From positions 1 to 32,050 of the forward strand of contig PIYJ01000001.1 of NCBI GenBank assembly GCA_003601725.1: 32,050 bases of DNA, in the 5' to 3' direction. The notes beneath the pieces were generated by a model. That model made no database searches. It was not told the DNA's origin and worked only from the letters and a program-made list of their open reading frames with translations. This DNA is from Candidatus Bathyarchaeota archaeon. Its GTDB lineage: Archaea; Thermoproteota; Bathyarchaeia; Bathyarchaeales; DTEX01. Positions 25,949 through 32,050 of this stretch are shown here, in pieces (the first letter of the stretch is position 1; every line of letters starts with the position of its first letter). The translations under genes were made by a program, and so were the position numbers.

Positions 25949-26491
25949 TCAGCAGGAGAAACGCTTTTCTCTAATCTTATTAGAAGCCTCGTCTTGAAAT
26001 GCTTCTTTCACAATCTTCATAAGCAGATCAGCGATTTTTCTTGATACCTCCTGAAGTTTAGGTGAAAGCCCTTCTTTAAACTCTATGCTTTCAGGTTGAA
26101 TTCCTAAAAGCTTTACATCAGCTCCGATATTTTGTTTGATGATCTCCGCTAAAAAGGATAGAGGAAGCGTATGAGTGGAAAGAGCGGTTCCAGCGATCTC
26201 TTCGATTGAGATCAATCTTGAGGCGCCAGCTTCCTCCTTGAGATGCGCTGCGTCTATCATCAGAACATGAGTAGGGTTAAATTCTTCTATTTTACTGAGA
26301 TAATTCTCCGGGACCATCCCGCATTCCAGAAGCAGCACATTCCCGGGAATCCTCCCTGAAAGATTTTGAATCACCTTCAATCCTACCGCGTCGTCTCCTC
26401 TTAGGGGATTGCCTATTCCAAGAATCACGAGTCTCCGGCATCCTCTCAACCAAGCGTAAAGCTGATCACACAATGCAATTTGAGAATCCAT
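25949..26491 (-). CDS. Hydrogenase maturation endopeptidase (HycI/HyaD/FrhD family)
   Basis: LVILGIGNPLRGDDAVG motif, about 180 aa, first gene of the hyp operon. Confidence 0.85.
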   Translation of the reverse strand: MDSQIALCDQLYAWLRGCRRLVILGIGNPLRGDDAVGLKVIQNLSGRIPGNVLLLECGMVPENYLSKIEEFNPTHVLMIDAAHLKEEAGASRLISIEEIAGTALSTHTLPLSFLAEIIKQNIGADVKLLGIQPESIEFKEGLSPKLQEVSRKIADLLMKIVKEAFQDEASNKIREKRFSC

Positions 26492-26641
26492 AATCTATTC
26501 ACGCTGGTTTCATGATTTATGTAAGCACCCATAGGCATTAATGGATGGTTAAGATACGGCAAAATATATTTCCTTGCAAAAAAGAGTGATCCTTGAATTG
26601 AATCCTTAGTCTGGCCGATTGATTGATCAATCTATGCATGA

Positions 26642-27607
26642 TTGGGGGAGCTGAATGGTCAAATTCGGATTGGACTGACAATATGGCCTTGGAGATATGA
26701 ATCTTTTGATGAGATTATCAGAATATCTTCTCTCGCAGAGAAGTTTGGGCTTGGCTCCTTATGGTTCTCTGATCACTTAATGTGTACAGTTCCAGGTCAA
26801 GGCTCCTTAGAGCCATTTTCATCCCTATCAGCCGTGGCTTCAAGAACTAAACGCATATCTCTTGGAACAAAGGTTATCTGCGCCTCCTTTAGACATCCAG
26901 GATTAGTAGCAAAGATAGGCGTAACCCTGGATGTAATCTCGCATGGACGTCTGATTTTAGGCATTGGGGCCGGCTGGTATAAGAGAGAATTCGATGCATA
27001 CGGCATACCTTACGATGGAAGAGTCAGCCGGATGCATGAGGTTGTTAAAATCGTCAAGAAGCTATGGACGGATACTCCTGTGGATTATGAGGGAAAATTC
27101 TTTAAGCTTAAAGGAGCTATATGTTCGCCGAAACCGCTTCAGAAGCCTCATCCACCCATATGGATCGCCGCTGAGAAGCCGCGAATGTTAAAGATAGCAG
27201 CGGAGATCGGAGATGGCTGGCTCACTGTTAATCCTAAAGTTAATGATTTCCGTCAAAAATTAAGCTTCATTCAAAATCACGCCGCCAAAATTGGAAGGGA
27301 TAAAGACAAGATCGAGGCGACCTGTTATATGTATGCCAGTCTCGCTAAGACTTCAGAAGAGGCTTGGAGAACCGCTGAAGTAGAAATTCTTCCAGAGAGG
27401 AGACGAGCATTGAACCCTGATCTTTCCTTGGAAGAACTAGGGGAAATCTGCCTGATCGGAGATTCAGATGAATGGATATCCCGCATTGAGAATTACGTTA
27501 AAGCTGGCGCTCACCACATAATTGTCAAGATTGTCCCTCTTGATAAGGAAAGGCTGAAGCTATACGCGGAGAAGGTGATTCCGTATTTTAAAGATCAACT
27601 TGTATGA
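26642..27607 (+). CDS. Luciferase-like (LLM class) flavin/F420-dependent oxidoreductase
   Basis: LLM family pattern (FSDHL, LGIGAGW, PKPLQKPHPPIW). Cofactor (F420 or FMN) cannot be decided by eye. TTG start with no obvious SD. Confidence 0.8.
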   Translation: MGELNGQIRIGLTIWPWRYESFDEIIRISSLAEKFGLGSLWFSDHLMCTVPGQGSLEPFSSLSAVASRTKRISLGTKVICASFRHPGLVAKIGVTLDVISHGRLILGIGAGWYKREFDAYGIPYDGRVSRMHEVVKIVKKLWTDTPVDYEGKFFKLKGAICSPKPLQKPHPPIWIAAEKPRMLKIAAEIGDGWLTVNPKVNDFRQKLSFIQNHAAKIGRDKDKIEATCYMYASLAKTSEEAWRTAEVEILPERRRALNPDLSLEELGEICLIGDSDEWISRIENYVKAGAHHIIVKIVPLDKERLKLYAEKVIPYFKDQLV

Positions 27608-27648
27608 ACCCGTGATATGGCCTTTTAGATGGATATCTACCTATAAGA

Positions 27649-27668
27649 TTCGCTGGTCAACCAGCGAA
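27649..27668. terminator. Perfect 8-bp stem / 4-nt loop hairpin between convergent genes
   Basis: TTCGCTGG (27649-27656), loop TCAA, CCAGCGAA (27661-27668). It lies between the stops of the LLM gene (27607) and the CBS gene (27724). Confidence 0.3.
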
Positions 27669-27723
27669 GTCAGCAAAAATTGGGAACTAGAGACCATATA
27701 AAAAAATAGGAAGGATATCTGCT

Positions 27724-28119
27724 TTAAATCAAGGAGTCCAAAAGGCGTCTCTCCGTAACTATACCGGCGAGTCTTCCATTTCTCGTTACCGCTAGACGTC
27801 GCACCTTCTTATCTCGCATGATTTTAAGGGCATCTGCCACAGTTTTTTTAGCATCGATTGTTAACAGAGGAGAAGACATGATCTCTGTAGCTCGAGTCTT
27901 ATCTGGATCCCTCCGCGGTCTTACTATCTTTTCAATTATGTCTCTCTCAGTGATTATTCCAGAAGGAATTCCCCCGCTGATTATAATGATAGCGCCTATA
28001 TTATTTGAGACCATTTTCTCTGTAACATAAGAGACAGAATCGGAAAATAAAGCTGTAACCGGTGGGCTTCTCATAACTGACTCAACTGAAGCATTTAAAT
28101 CCAAATTTTCCCCCTTCAA
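27724..28119 (-). CDS. CBS-domain pair protein
   Basis: Two CBS repeats (VMRSPPVT...GAIIII...GIITERDI and IMSSPLLTI...RRLAVT...GIVTERRLL). TTG start. It has its own TATA-like box (ATTATATATTA on the minus strand, within 28165-28181). Confidence 0.85.
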   Translation of the reverse strand: MKGENLDLNASVESVMRSPPVTALFSDSVSYVTEKMVSNNIGAIIIISGGIPSGIITERDIIEKIVRPRRDPDKTRATEIMSSPLLTIDAKKTVADALKIMRDKKVRRLAVTRNGRLAGIVTERRLLDSLI

Positions 28120-28255
28120 AAGGATAATTTATTCAATGTTCCTTTTATTTTTTAGCTTCTTACAGGATAATATATAATCTCGACATCTTAAATGCGTAAT
28201 TAAAGCTTCTTTTTCATCGGAACATTAAAAGAACGTCCATATTAAATAAAAGCGA

Positions 28256-30973
28256 CTAGAATGTCTGAGTTGGAAAACTCCTCTTTAAACTCTTCATCAA
28301 TTCCTCTTGAGAGGAGAATCCCAGTAAGGCCTCTACTGCTGCTTCTATGAATGTCTGAACGGGAATGATCACCATATCCTTTTCTGAGAGGAGCTTCTCT
28401 GTATCGAATCCTTTGAGTCTTTCATAGTTATATCTCGGCATGATGAGCTTTCGGGCGTATCTATCTGATAAAGCAGCTTCAATCTTCCCCATTCCCCTAT
28501 AATCAAGTCCCCCAACGGGCCAGACCTCTCCCCTCGCAGTGATTGCGCCGGTCATCACAACGGTCGGGTCGACCTCCACGTTCAGAAATGCTGAAAGCAT
28601 CGCAACTGCTATAGCTAGACCTGCCGATGGACCTGAAACAGGCGGCCTCGTAATTCCAGGCGTAAACATCTGTTTCTCCATTCCCTTAGCTGGGGTTACT
28701 ATTTCGATGTAAACATCGTAATCTTTAAACTTCCAATCTGATATGGAGTTTATGTGAATAAAAGCGTCTTGTGCGCTTGCAAGAATACTTTCTCCCGCCT
28801 CGCTGCCTATAACCTGGATCTTTCCTGATCCTCTCGGATTAACTATAACCTCGATGACTCCTACTAAACCTCCGAGTTCTCCTCGTTCCCCAAGTGCAAT
28901 TAAGCCGTAGCTCTTTCCAACTTCGGGTTTTTGAATCCTGACGGTCTGCTGAACCATTCTCTGCGCTTCTTCCACAGTTTCATCGAATGTTCTCTCTAAT
29001 GCTTTTTCAAAATGATATAGCCGAAGAGGATAGTTAGAGGGGTCGACCTTTTCCAATCTCTCTATGAGTTCAGGGTCTTCTCTGCCGATTCCAAGGTTCT
29101 CAAAGAGCCTTTCTAAGTCATCCTTGAACAGCCTCTCTATTTCTCTGGTCTTCTCTTCCCCATATTTAATTGCCTCTAAGAGTTTACGGCAAGCCTCAAG
29201 CTCCTTTGTTCTAAGCCGGTTCGCATCGTCAACAGCATCCGCGATTTTTCTTGGACTTAGAATCTTCTTTTCGAATACTCTAAGCACATCTTCCGGAGTT
29301 ATATCCTTATCCAAAGCATCCTTGTATCTTCGAAGATGAACCATCAGAATCTCTAGTTTTTCAATTCTGTTCTTCGGATAAGTAAAGTTGAAGTGACGGG
29401 TGAAACGTTCAAGTAGAGCCTCATCAAGTATCTCAAATCTGTTCGTTGCGCCTATGACAACCACATTCGTCAGAGGAGTAAAACCATCTATCTCCGTCAG
29501 CAGTTGTGAGACCACTCTATCAACAACAGGATCATGGGTCCCCCTTTTAGGCGCAATAGAGTCTATCTCATCGAAAAAGATTATGGCTGGAGCGTTTCTC
29601 CGAGCGTCCGCAAAGATGTCGCGTATCGTCTTCTCAGGGTCTCCGTATCTGCCTTGAAGTATAGAGGGGCCATTAATATTGTAAAACCAAACGTCATTCT
29701 CTCCGGCGATCGCTTTAGCCAGCAAAGTCTTCCCGGTTCCCGGCGGACCGTAGAATATGAAGCCTTTAGGGGGGAGATATCCAGCTTTAACAGCTAAGTC
29801 CGCGTCGATAGCTAAGGAGATCTCTTTGATTATCTCCTCTTTGATTCCATGTAGCCCTCCAACGTCGCTATATCTTTCTCTTGGGGCGATTCTATTTACA
29901 GATCTCCTAGCCGCCTCTGTCTTCTCTTGATAGGTATATGTTTTCAGTCTTCGAGCTGCTGCTCTGAAGTCGTCTAATGTGATCGTTTTTCCGACTTCTA
30001 CTTTTGTAAATCGTCGTTTCCTAATTTTATGAATTAAACTTTCTTGCAGAGGCCTATATCTCTCATTCATAATTATGTTAAAGGCGCTTACAACGTCTGC
30101 TGGCGTTAGACGAGTGTTTCCCACGGCGCGTACAGCATCTTCAAGGGTCTCTACAATATCTGTTGGTTTAAGATTTATTTTATACTTCTTGCATTGCCTC
30201 CTAGCTATTTCTAGAAGCATGTTTCTATTTGTGCTTGCATCCAGATCGATCGTGCCGACTATTCCTCTTCTCCGCAGCGTCTCAGTGATCGTCTCATATT
30301 CATTAGTCGATATCAACAGGATACACCGGTAATTCTTCTTCTGCAGCTCATCAATCTTTTCTAGAAAGACGGTTTGAACCCTCTTCTCTTCCATTCCAAC
30401 CTCGGAGGTAGATGAGAATCTACTTCCGAAAGCTTGAAACTCGTCAATTAAAATTATGCTGGGCCTTTGGAAGGCTTCTTGAAAGAAGCTGCCTAGCTGC
30501 TGAGCGCTTCTTCCATACCACATGGTATAAACGTTCTCTGGTTTTAAAGAAGCGTAACTTACAATCATTCCGTATTTTAATCCTTCCTCAAAGACTTCTC
30601 TTTGGCAAATCTCAGCGAAGAATGTTTTCCCGCTGCCGGAGCTTCCTTTTAGAATGAAGATTTTGGATGGGGGAACAGGACAAGCCTTACGAACTTCTGG
30701 ATCGCGAAATATGTGATAATGAGCGCTTACCAAGACTTTATTCAGTTCTTTCTCTCTGCCGACAAGATCCTTTCTGCTTACGTTGGGAAAATCAGCTCTT
30801 TTTCGTATTTTCTTAGCTCTTTTTTCAGCTTCTTTTTTTCTTTTCTCAGGAGGCTTTTGAAGGAATCTCCATAATCTGTACTGCCAAGAAAAGAGGTAAA
30901 GTAAAGGTGAAAAGAGCTTTCTAAGTCTTGGTTTATTGTACCACCATTGATCTGAGAATTCATCTTCGTCCAT
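28256..30973 (-). CDS. Fusion protein: divergent P-loop ATPase (D1), classical AAA ATPase (D2) and C-terminal Lon (S16) protease domain, about 905 aa
   Basis: D1: LVGREKEL, Walker A GSSGSGKT (30623-30646), Walker B IILIDEF. D2: YSDVGGL, GPPGTGKTLLAKA (Walker A at 29726-29749), IIFFDEIDSIAPKR, VIGATNR. Lon domain: VSGPSAGLAIAVAM (Ser codon 28625-28627), VVMTGAITARGEVWPVGGL, GKIEAA. Start set at ATG 30973, 2 nt after the upstream stop with GGGGG upstream; the ORF-track start at 31069 would overlap the neighbouring gene by 94 nt. Confidence 0.85.
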   Translation of the reverse strand: MDEDEFSDQWWYNKPRLRKLFSPLLYLFSWQYRLWRFLQKPPEKRKKEAEKRAKKIRKRADFPNVSRKDLVGREKELNKVLVSAHYHIFRDPEVRKACPVPPSKIFILKGSSGSGKTFFAEICQREVFEEGLKYGMIVSYASLKPENVYTMWYGRSAQQLGSFFQEAFQRPSIILIDEFQAFGSRFSSTSEVGMEEKRVQTVFLEKIDELQKKNYRCILLISTNEYETITETLRRRGIVGTIDLDASTNRNMLLEIARRQCKKYKINLKPTDIVETLEDAVRAVGNTRLTPADVVSAFNIIMNERYRPLQESLIHKIRKRRFTKVEVGKTITLDDFRAAARRLKTYTYQEKTEAARRSVNRIAPRERYSDVGGLHGIKEEIIKEISLAIDADLAVKAGYLPPKGFIFYGPPGTGKTLLAKAIAGENDVWFYNINGPSILQGRYGDPEKTIRDIFADARRNAPAIIFFDEIDSIAPKRGTHDPVVDRVVSQLLTEIDGFTPLTNVVVIGATNRFEILDEALLERFTRHFNFTYPKNRIEKLEILMVHLRRYKDALDKDITPEDVLRVFEKKILSPRKIADAVDDANRLRTKELEACRKLLEAIKYGEEKTREIERLFKDDLERLFENLGIGREDPELIERLEKVDPSNYPLRLYHFEKALERTFDETVEEAQRMVQQTVRIQKPEVGKSYGLIALGERGELGGLVGVIEVIVNPRGSGKIQVIGSEAGESILASAQDAFIHINSISDWKFKDYDVYIEIVTPAKGMEKQMFTPGITRPPVSGPSAGLAIAVAMLSAFLNVEVDPTVVMTGAITARGEVWPVGGLDYRGMGKIEAALSDRYARKLIMPRYNYERLKGFDTEKLLSEKDMVIIPVQTFIEAAVEALLGFSSQEELMKSLKRSFPTQTF

Positions 30974-30975
30974 TT

Positions 30976-31734
30976 TTAACCCCCTTCTGAAAGAGTGAAT
31001 GTAGTGAAACGATATATTTGGTAAGCGAAATAAACGCTTATCAGCATCATTACTCCTACCATTATCCATCTAGTATATGAAACGATCTCCTTTTTACTCT
31101 TGAAGTAGGTATCAAGAAAAACAAAACTGTTGACATAAGCGATCAGAATCCATGCTGCTAAAAGTAAAGCCATGTTTACTGGCGTTGGAAGCGTAATATA
31201 AGGAAAATAAGAGAAGGATCTGGCAAGGCTATGACTTTCTAAGGGGATAATTATCGTCCAATTTCCCGAATGCCGCGTAAAAGACGCCCGCTCCACGAAA
31301 GACCCTCGAGTAATTATTCCTTGCCCCCAATATTCCTCATAGAATTTCAGGTTTCTGGTAAAGACGCCCAATGTATACTTCCAAGATTCATTACTAGCAA
31401 AGCTAATCGTCAAGTTATAAATCCCGGGTCCATTAAGTTGAACTCCAACAACAGAAACTTCTCCAAGAAAGAGATCCACATACCTTGTTGAGATGGATAG
31501 ATCAAACAAACCGCCACGATTTAAGGGTTGGCATCGGGCTGATAAATTCTCTATTCGAGGGCTGAGAAAGACCACGAATACGTCTCTTTCAAGAACATCT
31601 ATCTTTCCAAGAGGACGATCTATGTTTAAGTAATTACCTTTAGAAGCACATACCGCTATGGGAAAAACCTGGGATATAAAGATAGATAATATTGTAAAAA
31701 GAAGAAGGTTTCTGGAAGATAAGGGATTAGGCAT
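30976..31734 (-). CDS. Predicted membrane protein: N-terminal signal/anchor, about 150-aa extracytoplasmic domain, two C-terminal TM helices
   Basis: Hydrophobic N-terminus NLLLFTILSIFISQVFPIAV. Four N-x-S/T sequons in the middle domain (NLS, NLT, NES, NWT). C-terminal hydrophobic stretches VNMALLLAAWILIAYVNSFVFL and WIMVGVMMLISVYFAYQIY. No recognisable family. Confidence 0.6.
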   Translation of the reverse strand: MPNPLSSRNLLLFTILSIFISQVFPIAVCASKGNYLNIDRPLGKIDVLERDVFVVFLSPRIENLSARCQPLNRGGLFDLSISTRYVDLFLGEVSVVGVQLNGPGIYNLTISFASNESWKYTLGVFTRNLKFYEEYWGQGIITRGSFVERASFTRHSGNWTIIIPLESHSLARSFSYFPYITLPTPVNMALLLAAWILIAYVNSFVFLDTYFKSKKEIVSYTRWIMVGVMMLISVYFAYQIYRFTTFTLSEGG

Positions 31735-32050
31735 TTTAATTCATCAAATCATTTTATCCAATATCATTAAATTATAATGCAAAAACTTTTCAATAAAGAT
31801 TTCTAAGAATCTCCCCTTTCTTCTATTAAACATCCAATAATCCCGCATCTTAACTACCTAGGGCCGTTATATTTCTAGCCTATTCGCTTTATTCTTCCCC
31901 ACTTCATTTCTTTTTTAAAAACGAAGGCGTCTAAGAAGCTTTTGATCTTAATGAAATTTCTTATCTCTTTGTAACCAACTACGAAAAGGGGGGAAAAGAT
32001 AATTAGCCTCAAATCCTCATTATCCATCTGAAGTGCTAATAGGCTGTACG

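Noticed and set aside
30974-31069. 32-codon N-terminal extension of the Lon-fusion ORF (ORF-track start 31069)
   Set aside because: It would overlap the upstream membrane-protein gene by 94 nt. The internal ATG at 30973 sits 2 nt after that gene's stop with a G-rich SD-like tract, which is a far better start.
31875-32027. 50-codon minus-strand ORF (MDNEDLRLIIFSPLFVVGYKEIRNF...) at the right edge
   Set aside because: It has no SD or promoter context and no motifs, and it lies in AT-rich promoter-like DNA. The evidence is insufficient to call a gene.
1-32050. Search for mobile elements, integrases, tRNA/rRNA genes, CRISPR arrays and classical defence genes
   Set aside because: By eye I saw no transposase, integrase or Cas motifs, no terminal inverted repeats bracketing a block, no cloverleaf-like GC-rich segments, and no obvious compositional break. 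The window looks like core chromosome.

Overview
This is an archaeal chromosomal segment: it carries a Nop5-fibrillarin pair, archaeal-type TATA boxes, Shine-Dalgarno (SD)-led genes and many TTG starts. GC content is moderate. The lineage cannot be fixed without searches; an uncultivated, Bathyarchaeia-like archaeon is only a guess. Coding density is high and most genes are housekeeping. They include pyrD (partial), nop5-flpA, a compact DAP-pathway lysine operon (dapA-dapB-lysC-asd-lysA), nikR, a USP with a diverging ArsR-like regulator, a Pat-like acyl-CoA synthetase/GNAT fusion, an Lrp/AsnC regulator, HAD-chorismate mutase-tyrA, and a protease-hypF-hypC-hypD [NiFe]-hydrogenase maturation operon. 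I saw no rRNA, tRNA, CRISPR array, transposase or integrase. The best candidates for something undescribed are: (1) a translationally coupled pair at 28256-31734, encoding a glycosylation-sequon-rich membrane protein and a cytoplasmic fusion of two different ATPase modules to a Lon (S16) protease domain; (2) an operon encoding a 425-aa beta-helix protein with 13 consecutive 17-residue bactofilin-like windings plus a small winged-helix protein; (3) a recurring CGAWTTTCG-centred palindromic box at the promoters of the lys operon, the Lrp gene and the HAD/tyrosine-branch cluster, suggesting a local Lrp regulon. All homology calls rest on motif recognition by eye; no searches were run.
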